Below, one piece after another: positions 7,098 to 15,165 of a DNA stretch of 36,312 nt. Each line of letters starts with the position of its first letter. The first letter of the stretch is position 1. Source of the stretch: Thermoplasmata archaeon (GTDB lineage: Archaea > Thermoplasmatota > Thermoplasmata > Thermoplasmatales > B87-G9); the NCBI GenBank assembly GCA_003649695.1, contig QMSR01000001.1:1-36312 (forward strand). Reading direction: 5' to 3'. The notes beneath the pieces are model-generated. The model saw only the letters and a list, made by a program, of their open reading frames with translations. It searched no databases and was not told the origin of the DNA. Both the position numbers and the translations under genes were made by a program.

Positions 7098-8052
7098 TGA
7101 CGACCCGCTTGGTCATTGCGTACTCGATCGCTTGCACAAAATCAAACCGAGTCTTCTCCAACTCACCAAGCCCTCTTACAAAATCCTTCATATCCCATAA
7201 TTCCATACTTTTCTTCGTACCATTGCAGTCTTCTTCTTTCCGCTCAAATTTATCACAATTGGTGTTCAGCTTGTGTGTGATGATATTGCCTGAACGACAT
7301 AACAATCCCACCTGAGGCTCATATTCTGCTTCATCCGTTTTCCGCCTCATGAGAGTTCCACAATTCAAGACCATCACCCCACCAACCACTGTCATAAATC
7401 CTCTATGGTTGTCCCCGAATATCACTGCATCATATCCTTTCACTCGGTCCAGATATTTACGAGATTCATGTTCTCGTGGTGCTCCTGGAAAGCAATGCCC
7501 ATCAACCCAGAAATAATCATGGACGAGTGCCACTTGCATTTTTTTGGATGCACTGTCTTTCAGCGGCCGTATTGGTTTGCCCCATGGAAATCCATGCACC
7601 ACCACATCCTCAGATATCATCGTGGCGACGCCATGAATGACAGGTTCTATCACCTGAGCCAGAACAAGAGTCCAATATGCTGACCTCTTCATCAACTCCA
7701 AATTATGCAGAGGTAGGTCATGCTGTCCTGGAATGGCATACATGCGAGGGAGATGATTGATGGCGAAATTGACCAACTCAGGTTCCGCTCTCCAATGATC
7801 AAACACATCTCCCGCACATAAGACCGGGACATCATAATGACTGGCAAGAGCACCAATCTCATTCAATGGCCGAGCCATCGCCTCAAACCAATCCGGCTCA
7901 TGTCTGCGAGCACGAGGTGGGCGTAATGTCAGATGGATGTCCGCACATACTATCGCGACGACTCTATCCTTGTCCCGCATAAGGGACAGGTCTCGCCTAG
8001 TCTCTCGTGAAATTTTGTTCTTGCCTGCTCCATAGACTCTTCTTTTTGGCAT
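7051..8052 (-). CDS. Mre11/SbcD-like metallophosphoesterase nuclease
   Basis: Calcineurin-like motifs in the expected order: VCADIHL, AGDVFDH, PGQHD, LVHD, FGDNH. The ATG at 8052 follows AAGGAGGAGG and overlaps the upstream gene by 103 nt. Confidence 0.8.
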   Translation of the reverse strand: MPKRRVYGAGKNKISRETRRDLSLMRDKDRVVAIVCADIHLTLRPPRARRHEPDWFEAMARPLNEIGALASHYDVPVLCAGDVFDHWRAEPELVNFAINHLPRMYAIPGQHDLPLHNLELMKRSAYWTLVLAQVIEPVIHGVATMISEDVVVHGFPWGKPIRPLKDSASKKMQVALVHDYFWVDGHCFPGAPREHESRKYLDRVKGYDAVIFGDNHRGFMTVVGGVMVLNCGTLMRRKTDEAEYEPQVGLLCRSGNIITHKLNTNCDKFERKEEDCNGTKKSMELWDMKDFVRGLGELEKTRFDFVQAIEYAMTKRVVSDDIRRIILEALGRG

Positions 8053-8972
8053 ACCTCCTCCTTTAGACCTTGAATGTCATCAAGCATCATCGTCAATCGA
8101 TCCCTCTCTGCTGCAACGGCACCCCAATCATCTGCGACCTTCTCAATCGTGACTAGGGATGGGACTGGAGCTTGAGCGATCTTCCGTAATTCTCGGATAT
8201 ACCCTACCTGATCACATAATTCTTTCTTCTTTTTCTGGGCTTCTTGCCATTCTATACCCGCATTCACTACGATCTCGCCACTGATCAACCATTCTCTCGC
8301 ATTCTTTTCAGTTCTTCTGTGTGATACTGCTCTCTCCAAAACAGAACGCAAGACAGACGCTCTCTGCAAAACCTCAGAATAATCAGTCTCAATAGCACAT
8401 ACCTTTTCAAAATCCTTGTCCATCTCTAATACATGCCGCAACCGAGATCGCTCCTCCTTGCTCTCTCGAACTCTATCTCCCACCACCTCCATCTCTACCT
8501 TGGCTTTGCGTGAAGCAGATGCCAGATTCGCCAGAGTGGTGTCTATGATTCCAAGATCAATTATCCGGTTCAGCTGCCTGCTCACCTCACCTGCAGTCTC
8601 ACTGAACCAGTATGGACTGTCGTGCTGCCCTTGAAAATTGACTGTATCCATATTGAATGCCTGAGACACATCGGGAGGGACATCATTCCCAAAGGCCTCA
8701 AGAATGACATCTCCAACCTCATATAAATTCTCTTTCCCTCTCACCCGGATGATAGATGTGTCATCCACCTCAACCGTAACAATAGCTTCCCGAGCGCCAT
8801 CACGAATAAAAGCTTCACCAGATGGTCTATTTGTCACTACCCATTTCAGAGCCCGGATGATAGATGACTTACCTGTATCACTCGGACCGATAATGGATGT
8901 GATTCCAGGAGCAAATTCAATGGACAATTCCTTATGAGCCTGGAAATTCTCAATTGTCAATGATTTGATCAT
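7950..8972 (-). CDS. Rad50/SbcC-like ATPase, N-terminal half (Walker A, coiled coil, CxxC zinc hook at the C-terminus)
   Basis: MIKSLTIENFQAH...GPSDTGKSS Walker A, a long charged coiled-coil region, and CPLCG 8 residues before the stop. No signature motif or Walker B. Confidence 0.8.
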   Translation of the reverse strand: MIKSLTIENFQAHKELSIEFAPGITSIIGPSDTGKSSIIRALKWVVTNRPSGEAFIRDGAREAIVTVEVDDTSIIRVRGKENLYEVGDVILEAFGNDVPPDVSQAFNMDTVNFQGQHDSPYWFSETAGEVSRQLNRIIDLGIIDTTLANLASASRKAKVEMEVVGDRVRESKEERSRLRHVLEMDKDFEKVCAIETDYSEVLQRASVLRSVLERAVSHRRTEKNAREWLISGEIVVNAGIEWQEAQKKKKELCDQVGYIRELRKIAQAPVPSLVTIEKVADDWGAVAAERDRLTMMLDDIQGLKEEVCQKEESMEQARTKFHERLGETCPLCGTRIESSR

Positions 8973-9264
8973 TCTTATCCTTCCATTGCTGCCATTTCTT
9001 CATATACCTCGTCGGATTGGCTATGCTCTGCAAATGCCTTCCAGTCTCTCTGTATAGCCTGATCATTCTCTTGCGCATCTTTCTCAGCCATTGCACTCGC
9101 AAATCATTATAGAACGAGACCATGGCGAATCCTGTCTTCTCCCGTCGCGGACTGCGAATATGAATGCTGACAATCAGACTATACGGATGATTCTTACGGA
9201 CATCATATATCCGCATCACCCCATCCTTTTCAATTGTCAGAAGACACGGTATTGGTTTCAGCAT
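8950..9264 (-). CDS. Hypothetical protein
   Basis: The track ORF starts at TTG 9306. The ATG at 9264 lies 1 nt after the upstream TAA. Confidence 0.45.
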   Translation of the reverse strand: MLKPIPCLLTIEKDGVMRIYDVRKNHPYSLIVSIHIRSPRREKTGFAMVSFYNDLRVQWLRKMRKRMIRLYRETGRHLQSIANPTRYMKKWQQWKDKNDQIIDN

Positions 9265-9265
9265 A

Positions 9266-9433
9266 TTAACACAATTCTCTCGTCCGTCTGGTGCGAGGAG
9301 CGTCAAACGTCCCGCATTCAGAGCATTGCCAACTATGATACTCCGGATTCCATGTCACAGATTTCTTGCCACACATCTTACATCCGAAGAACTTCGTCAT
9401 GAAATATTTTTCTGTCCCCACAATCTCCTTCAT
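9266..9433 (-). CDS. Zinc-ribbon protein (CKMCG ... CSECG)
   Basis: The second ATG, at 9433, is preceded by GAGAGGAGGAAGC. Confidence 0.5.
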   Translation of the reverse strand: MKEIVGTEKYFMTKFFGCKMCGKKSVTWNPEYHSWQCSECGTFDAPRTRRTRELC

Positions 9434-9454
9434 GCTTCCTCCTCTCATACCCTA

Positions 9455-9527
9455 TTATCTGAATTCAACCCTATATTTCTCAACCCTTTTAATATCAACC
9501 CTTTTGAATTCAACCCTTTTATCTGAA
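9455..9527. repeat. Iteron-like array: four CAACCCT(TTT) direct repeats at exact 15-bp spacing, bracketed by TTATCTGAA
   Basis: Repeats start at 9466, 9481, 9496 and 9511. TTATCTGAA occurs at 9455-9463 and 9519-9527. The array lies in the intergenic region upstream of 9266..9433. Confidence 0.85.
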
Positions 9528-10079
9528 ATTTTCAGGAGATACACGATCAAAGAAGTCCTGAAGAAGGCAACAATAGACATGAAGAGAACCACCCTCTTTC
9601 AAATCCACCCGGGCGATGATATGAGGACACTGGCGAAGAGCAGAATACGTGTCAATATGAGACATCATACGCAAAGGGAAAAAAGCCAACGTCTCACGCC
9701 TATCACGACGAGTAATCAGCATCCAAGCATCCAAACCAGCATTCTTTCTATCCTCATCTACCTGATGAAAAAATTGCTCCCACTGCTGCATTGCTGCAGT
9801 TTCCTTCTTATCCATCATATCCATGAATGTATATGCTGAATATCCACGTTTCACCTCTATCGTAAAATAATCCAGGAGAGGCTGACCAATAGGATCTGTG
9901 GCTTGAATGTCACCATACTGACCAAATGTGCTCTTGCCCGTCTTGGAACGAGTCTTCGCCATGGCACCAGAATTTGCGGACCTCCAGAAGACATCATCTC
10001 TCTGACCACCCGTCCACCATGCAGACAATTGTCTGCAGACCTGTCTCTCAAATTCGCTTCCTTTTCCGCTTTTTGCCAT
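9519..10079 (-). CDS. Hjc-type PD-(D/E)xK Holliday-junction resolvase-like nuclease
   Basis: KGSEFERQVCRQL ... GDIQA ... TIEVKRG follows the E / D / E-x-K order and spacing seen in archaeal Hjc-like resolvases. Confidence 0.6.
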   Translation of the reverse strand: MAKSGKGSEFERQVCRQLSAWWTGGQRDDVFWRSANSGAMAKTRSKTGKSTFGQYGDIQATDPIGQPLLDYFTIEVKRGYSAYTFMDMMDKKETAAMQQWEQFFHQVDEDRKNAGLDAWMLITRRDRRETLAFFPLRMMSHIDTYSALRQCPHIIARVDLKEGGSLHVYCCLLQDFFDRVSPENFR

Positions 10080-10938
10080 GTGCTCTCCTCAATCTCACTC
10101 TATTGCCAAATTCACCAGCAAATAGACGTGACCAATCTTTTCGCTTTGAACCTTCCAAAAAACTATCAATCCCATATTTTTCACAGAATGCAAAAAAAGC
10201 ATCCTCATCATATTCAGGATCTCGCAATTCAAATGGTCGGGTCTTATGATGAGGCAATATGGTGAGTTCTTTCCATAGACTATACCTGCCATCTTTGGGC
10301 ATGGGTCTGTCCCCTTTGATTATTTCTATGGCTCTCTTGACACCTATTCCTTTCAGCCCTGGGACACCATCAGTCGTACACCCTCCAAGAGCCTTCACCC
10401 TGCCCCAATATCTCGCCTCAATCCCCTTCTCCTCCTCAAAATTATCATTGGTGAGCAGCTTATGTCTCTGAGGATCATACCACTCCACATTATTCGAAAT
10501 GCATTGCCACAGATCTCCATCAGAAGATATGATAATAGCCTTGTCCAATAATACCATCTGATCTGCTGCATATGCTATGAGATCATCAGATTCCAAACCA
10601 GTCTGCCTATACACTGGGAATCCTATTGAAGGCAAGATATCCTTGCGCAAGAGATTCACCTGTTCATGCATTATCTTGATCCTGATCAGTTCCTCCTCCG
10701 TACGATCCTCTCTCCTCCTCCTCTTGTATTCCGGGAACGCCTTCTCTCGATAGCTCTTCTTTGAATCTGTGAATATCATGACTCTATTGGACCGTACAAG
10801 AGGGTCATTGCAAATGGTGAGGAGCTGGAGAAAGAACCCAAACATAATACCAGTCGGAATATCCTCATGGTCTAGACCATCCAATGAATGTCGGGCTCTG
10901 TGCGCCAAGAATGATAAGTCAATGAACACTCGCTTCAT
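10048..10938 (-). CDS. 5'-3' exonuclease / flap endonuclease (PIN plus H3TH; T5 D15 / Pol I 5'-exo family)
   Basis: Acidic clusters FTDSKKSYR, GLESDDLIA and SSDGDLWQ. H3TH motif GVPGLKGIGVKRA. Confidence 0.85.
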   Translation of the reverse strand: MKRVFIDLSFLAHRARHSLDGLDHEDIPTGIMFGFFLQLLTICNDPLVRSNRVMIFTDSKKSYREKAFPEYKRRRREDRTEEELIRIKIMHEQVNLLRKDILPSIGFPVYRQTGLESDDLIAYAADQMVLLDKAIIISSDGDLWQCISNNVEWYDPQRHKLLTNDNFEEEKGIEARYWGRVKALGGCTTDGVPGLKGIGVKRAIEIIKGDRPMPKDGRYSLWKELTILPHHKTRPFELRDPEYDEDAFFAFCEKYGIDSFLEGSKRKDWSRLFAGEFGNRVRLRRAHGKKRKRKRI

Positions 10939-12071
10939 TCATCCTCCTCCTCTTCCACCTTCGTGGAATATCGACCCTGACGATGGATGTCACAAGCTTC
11001 TCGGACATCATTCCAACATTCACCCACTACCCGCTGAAGCTTGCGTGACAAGCCATTCTCTTCAATGTGAGCAATGAGTTTTTGCCTGGTAAGAGTGACT
11101 TCAAATTCAGGAGCTTCAATGAGACTCTTCTTCTTCATCCACCATTTTTCAGCTACCAAATAATCAATGCAGGAACCAATATCATCAATGCCATATGATG
11201 GATATATGTCTGTCTGCACCTCGTGACTCTCTCCTGTGATCCGATTTTTCTTGACCTTCAATTTCACATGGATGCCTATCTGCCGATCTCTCCCCTTCAC
11301 CGTCTTCTTGATGGCTCCTGCCAATGAACTCCAGATCTCCACCGTAGCATAGAACTTGAGAGCATGGCCACCAGACCTTGTCTTTTTCTCAAATCCGAAT
11401 CCGATATTGTCCCGGGTCTGGGAAATGATTATCAATATGGACCCTGTATCACGCAAGCCTTTGAGGACCTTGCGTAACCCTTCTGAGTTGCGTTTCGCTT
11501 TACCATCGCCATACGACCCAGGAGTGTCCTTGCCTTTGCGATGTGCGTCTTTATGCTGCTCAAATTTGTCTGTCTCTGATTCACTGGTGAGAGAGTCCAT
11601 GGAATCCAGGACATAGACAAACGGTCTGCCGTCCTTCTTCGCCCGCTCAATGGCATCATCTACGTGATAGTAGAATTCTTCCACCAGGTAAGAATATACA
11701 GGACCATCCTCACCCATCTCTGGAGGCTCTACCCTGTCTCTGACCTCAGCATTGAACAGCTTCTCCAGATCAAGAAGACAACCATCCTCCACATTATCAT
11801 AGATGAGACGATAATTTTTGAATTGTGAGCTGATGAGAGCTTCCGCAAAGCAAGTCATCGCCAAAAATGTTTTTCCTGAAGTGGAGTCCCCTACCAGAAA
11901 ATAGTATTTCCCTTTGAGAAATGCTCCAAATGGATTATTGCTGCAGGCCAGGTTGAGCAAAGTGGAGCCTGATGACAAGAGATTTCGCCTGCTCACCTCC
12001 ATCGCCTTCTTACCACCAGACTTCTTTTCAGCTGCTGCAGATATTTGTCTGGCTCTCATTCTGATTTTCAT
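10935..12071 (-). CDS. RecA/UvsX-family recombinase
   Basis: Walker A GDSTSGKT, Walker B VYVLDSMDSL, and SGGHALKFYATVEIW resembling RecA GGNALKFYASVRL. Confidence 0.7.
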   Translation of the reverse strand: MKIRMRARQISAAAEKKSGGKKAMEVSRRNLLSSGSTLLNLACSNNPFGAFLKGKYYFLVGDSTSGKTFLAMTCFAEALISSQFKNYRLIYDNVEDGCLLDLEKLFNAEVRDRVEPPEMGEDGPVYSYLVEEFYYHVDDAIERAKKDGRPFVYVLDSMDSLTSESETDKFEQHKDAHRKGKDTPGSYGDGKAKRNSEGLRKVLKGLRDTGSILIIISQTRDNIGFGFEKKTRSGGHALKFYATVEIWSSLAGAIKKTVKGRDRQIGIHVKLKVKKNRITGESHEVQTDIYPSYGIDDIGSCIDYLVAEKWWMKKKSLIEAPEFEVTLTRQKLIAHIEENGLSRKLQRVVGECWNDVREACDIHRQGRYSTKVEEEEDE

Positions 12072-12084
12072 GTATGCTCCTTAT

Positions 12085-12121
12085 CAAAAGAAAAAGAAGG
12101 GCGAGCCTTCACCCGCCCTTC
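12085..12121 (-). terminator. Rho-independent terminator after the SSB gene
   Basis: Minus strand: GAAGGGCG (12121-12114), 10-nt loop, CGCCCTTC (12103-12096), followed by TTTTTCTTTTG. Confidence 0.65.
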
Positions 12122-12144
12122 CAGATCAATCTCCATGATGAATA

Positions 12145-13371
12145 TCAGTCACTCGCCTCTTCACATTCGTCCCAATAAGGGCAATCATCACATTCTTCAA
12201 AGGCGTCAATGTCCTTGCCGAATGTGCCGCCGCCTGGACACTTCTTCTTCCCAGAAGATTTTTTGGACGTGGATTTTGACTTTTTCTTGGACTTGGCCGG
12301 AGCTTCGTCCTCGTCGTCATCGTCATCCTCATCATCGTCATCTGCTGACTTCTTTTTGGACGTGGATTTTGACTTTTTCTTGGACTTGGCCGGGGGTTCA
12401 TCCTCGTCATCGTCCTCATCCTCGTCGTCGTCCTCATCTTCATCTGCCGGCTTTTTCTTCTTGGATGTGGATTTTGACTTTTTCTTGGACTTGGCCGGAG
12501 CTTCGTCCTCATCTTCATCATCCTCGTCATCATCGTCATCCTCGTCATCATCGTCGTCTGCCGGCTTTTTCTTCTTGGACCTGACCCTGGAGCGAGAGCG
12601 AGGCTCATCATCGTCTTCATCTTCATCATCCTCGTCGTCGTCGTCAATCTCCAAGAACATCGCCTTGATCTTCTCATAGCTGAAAACATTGAATATCTCG
12701 TCAAGGCAAGCCACCTTCTCCAGCACCTCCTCCTCGTCCATCTCATCCCGGTCTTTGAAGTCGATGCGTGTCGCCTCAATATACTTATTCCCTGCATATT
12801 GCGCATCACTGAATCGGACCTTCAGTGTCTTCCCGTCCTCCGTCACATCAAAGAAACTGAGATTTTCCTCCTCACCTTCTTTTAACTCCTGGTCCAGCAT
12901 GTTGGCAAATTTGCCGACCGACATGGCAAAAATGGCAACGGTGTCCTCTTCATCAGGATGCCAGATGTTGTAGGCGACATAATGCTGAGGGGACAGGTCC
13001 TTGATAGCTTCTTCGTTCTCCTTGTAATCCTTCTTCAGCCTGGTGATTTCTTCACAGATGGGGCATTTCTTGCCAACCGACCGTGGGCAGACAAGACTCT
13101 TCTGTTCCGGCCCGATTCCATGATGGACGTCAAATGGATATTTGTACCAGATGACACCAGGCATGATGCCATCATCAGGATGATGACTGGTCTTCACCTC
13201 ATAAGGCAAGATGTCAATCATGTACCTTCCCGCCTTGTCCGGTGTCCATTGCTCAATCCCTTCCGGGAGGTTGAAGAATGCACCTCCACCACCTTGACTG
13301 CTCGATGCTGCATTTGCTCTCACAGTCTCAGGACTGACTCGCTTTCTCTTTCTTCTCTTCGACATTTCCAT
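12145..13371 (-). CDS. T4 gp32-like ssDNA-binding protein with a long repeated acidic/basic C-terminal extension
   Basis: Zinc motif HHG-x9-C-x7-CPIC and flanking blocks (YMIDILPY, YVAYNIW, VGKFANM, LKVRF) parallel the T4 gp32 core as I recall it. Three and a half repeats of poly-D/E followed by PAKSKKKSKSTSKKK. C-terminal CPGGG-x13-CDDC-x5-C. Confidence 0.65.
   Translation of the reverse strand: MEMSKRRKRKRVSPETVRANAASSSQGGGGAFFNLPEGIEQWTPDKAGRYMIDILPYEVKTSHHPDDGIMPGVIWYKYPFDVHHGIGPEQKSLVCPRSVGKKCPICEEITRLKKDYKENEEAIKDLSPQHYVAYNIWHPDEEDTVAIFAMSVGKFANMLDQELKEGEEENLSFFDVTEDGKTLKVRFSDAQYAGNKYIEATRIDFKDRDEMDEEEVLEKVACLDEIFNVFSYEKIKAMFLEIDDDDEDDEDEDDDEPRSRSRVRSKKKKPADDDDDEDDDDDEDDEDEDEAPAKSKKKSKSTSKKKKPADEDEDDDEDEDDDEDEPPAKSKKKSKSTSKKKSADDDDEDDDDDEDEAPAKSKKKSKSTSKKSSGKKKCPGGGTFGKDIDAFEECDDCPYWDECEEASD
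12246..12650. repeat. In-frame tandem repeat with units of 93, 105 and ~114 bp, encoding alternating poly-acidic and Lys/Ser-rich blocks
   Basis: The anchor GGAYGTGGATTTTGACTTTTTCTTGGACTTGGCCGG starts at 12265, 12358 and 12463. A degenerate copy starts at 12577. Confidence 0.85.
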
Positions 13372-13510
13372 TCTCCTTTTTGTTCTCTTCCAAAGATCGA
13401 ATGACTCCTCTCGTTGCCATTCGGGCCATAATATATACCCATATCACCCCACATATCGCACCAGAAAGCAAGAGGAATCCGTATCCCATGACAGATAATA
13501 GAGTCATCAT
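13328..13510 (-). CDS. Small membrane protein
   Basis: The ATG at 13510 overlaps the upstream TGA. TM segment LLSVMGYGFLLLSGAICGVIWVYIM. Preferred over the alternative frame 13320..13532. Confidence 0.45.
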   Translation of the reverse strand: MMTLLSVMGYGFLLLSGAICGVIWVYIMARMATRGVIRSLEENKKENGNVEEKKEKASQS

Positions 13511-14019
13511 TTCCCTTTCTTGACCCGTACACGCGCTCTTGCCACTTGCTTCTTCGCCACTGCTTCTTTACGCTTGCTCGTCACCTCCTTCCATGCATCC
13601 ACCAAATTATGCGGAACAGACGGGCCGGCGAAATACTGCTGGCCATGCAAAGTGACCAGTATCTCTATCATCCGCTTCCTCTGCTCCATCGCTTCTACCG
13701 CTCTCTCCAACATATGAAAATCAGCCCTGGCACTGATATGCTCCTCTTGTGCCTCGAGAAATTCAGGGTGGATCTTAATTGCAGCGGCGATAGAACCTTC
13801 CGTGACTTTTGCAATCCCAAATGAATCAGGATCAAGTCGAGCCTTACTGCTCAACTTCGCTTCCAGCACATCCATCTTCAGCTTCGCATGATCAGCTCTT
13901 TCCTTAGCTTCTACCGCCCTCTCCGCCCACTTGAAGAATAGCTCGCCTTGCCGGCCAGCCTCTACCTCCAAATAATTAGGGTCAATCTTCAGATCTGATT
14001 CAAATTCATTCTTTTCCAT
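13507..14019 (-). CDS. UvsY-like recombination mediator (tentative)
   Basis: DLKIDPNYLEVEAGRQGELFFKWAE...LEAKLSSKARLD resembles my recollection of T4 UvsY (DVFIDSTKLQYEAANNVMLYSKWLN...KKVALKARLD). The gene sits next to the gp32-like and UvsX-like genes. Confidence 0.5.
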   Translation of the reverse strand: MEKNEFESDLKIDPNYLEVEAGRQGELFFKWAERAVEAKERADHAKLKMDVLEAKLSSKARLDPDSFGIAKVTEGSIAAAIKIHPEFLEAQEEHISARADFHMLERAVEAMEQRKRMIEILVTLHGQQYFAGPSVPHNLVDAWKEVTSKRKEAVAKKQVARARVRVKKGK

Positions 14020-14047
14020 TTTTTCTCCTCACTATATTATCTGAGTA

Positions 14048-14950
14048 TCAAGTGATCACAGCCTCATAACATGCACGAGCCAACCCTGCTGCCTTTGAGT
14101 CATAGAAATTATCCTCAAAGCATGTGATGACATGATATGCTTGAGGCTTGGACCCACTCAAAAGAACAGCTCTCGCATACCCCAATACGGACCATCTGAC
14201 AGATTCTGGATCCACTGTCAGACCCTTCAAAATCTTACTGACCTTTGACCAAGAATCCTTATTGATGAGAGCACGGCACAAATCAATACATTCTTGATCT
14301 GCCTGATGAGATGTGATGACCCCCTCCCTCTGATCCTCAGGGAGATTCGATATCTTGTCCAGCAATACGAGACAAGTCCGGGCCGAACCAGCTGCGGCAT
14401 CCACGATATCATCCACAATATCAGAAGCCACCTCAATCTTCTCTCGCTTACACACCATCCGAATCAATCGCTTGAGATCATTTTCGGACAGATATTCCAC
14501 TGGCATCTCACAACACCGAGTCCGAATAGTCTTCAAAATCTTTTGCGGATCTGTCGTGCATAAGAAGAAATACACATGAGAAGGAGTGTCCTCTAAGATC
14601 TTCAATGCTGCATTCTGCCCATCCTTGGACATCTGATGGACTTCATCCAATAACCAAATCCGACAATCTCCTCCTGTGGGAGCCATGTTCATCTTCCGTG
14701 CAATATCCCTCACCGTATCAATTCCACGAAAATCAGAACAGTTCAATTCATGGAAATCAATCTGATTGCAGTTCAGCTCCTTCATCAATATCCGTGACAA
14801 TGTCGTCTTGCCGCACCCACTCGGGCCATGAAATAGAATGGTGTGAGGCAAGGTGCCTTTGTCCAGCATATTACGAAGGGATTGGACTGTGGCTGTATTG
14901 CCAATCACTCTCTGCAAATTTCGCGGTCGATATTTCTTATATAATTCCAT
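14048..14950 (-). CDS. Clamp-loader AAA+ ATPase (DnaX / RFC small-subunit-like)
   Basis: KYRPRNLQRVIGN, Walker A GPSGCGKTT, Walker B LLDEVHQM, and sensor TIRTRC. Confidence 0.85.
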   Translation of the reverse strand: MELYKKYRPRNLQRVIGNTATVQSLRNMLDKGTLPHTILFHGPSGCGKTTLSRILMKELNCNQIDFHELNCSDFRGIDTVRDIARKMNMAPTGGDCRIWLLDEVHQMSKDGQNAALKILEDTPSHVYFFLCTTDPQKILKTIRTRCCEMPVEYLSENDLKRLIRMVCKREKIEVASDIVDDIVDAAAGSARTCLVLLDKISNLPEDQREGVITSHQADQECIDLCRALINKDSWSKVSKILKGLTVDPESVRWSVLGYARAVLLSGSKPQAYHVITCFEDNFYDSKAAGLARACYEAVIT

Positions 14951-14967
14951 GTCGTCATTCTCCTGAT

Positions 14968-15165
14968 TCAGTATGAACTATTGCATGCCTTCTCATACAA
15001 GGCATTGATCTTTGATGCCTGTCGATGTGAAAAATCTTCGTCGGAACAATGACTGTAGGTGATCTTCTTCTTCATGCTCTTAATGAAATCGACCTCCCAA
15101 TCATTCCCTATCAGATGCACCACCTCATCAATTTCCTCAATTTTCTGCTTCAGCGTCAATGACAT
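14968..15165 (-). CDS. Hypothetical small protein
   Basis: ATG at 15165 with AAGGAGG 7 nt upstream. The track start at 15192 would lie further inside the polymerase gene. Confidence 0.5.
   Translation of the reverse strand: MSLTLKQKIEEIDEVVHLIGNDWEVDFIKSMKKKITYSHCSDEDFSHRQASKINALYEKACNSSY

Noticed and set aside
9455-9527. CRISPR-like array
   Set aside because: The repeats are only 7-10 bp at a 15-bp period, so there is no room for spacers, and there are no cas genes. It is an iteron/operator-type array.
12209-12679. 156-aa plus-strand ORF rich in poly-Ser, together with the other plus-strand ORFs throughout the window
   Set aside because: It is the antisense reading of the GAT/GAG/GAA-rich repeat of the SSB gene. 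None of the plus-strand ORFs has an SD-like site or a recognisable motif, and all lie inside well-supported minus-strand genes.
12126-12809. 227-aa minus-strand ORF rich in Arg/Thr/Met, overlapping the SSB gene
   Set aside because: It is an alternative frame of the low-complexity repeat. The gp32-like frame carries the conserved motifs.
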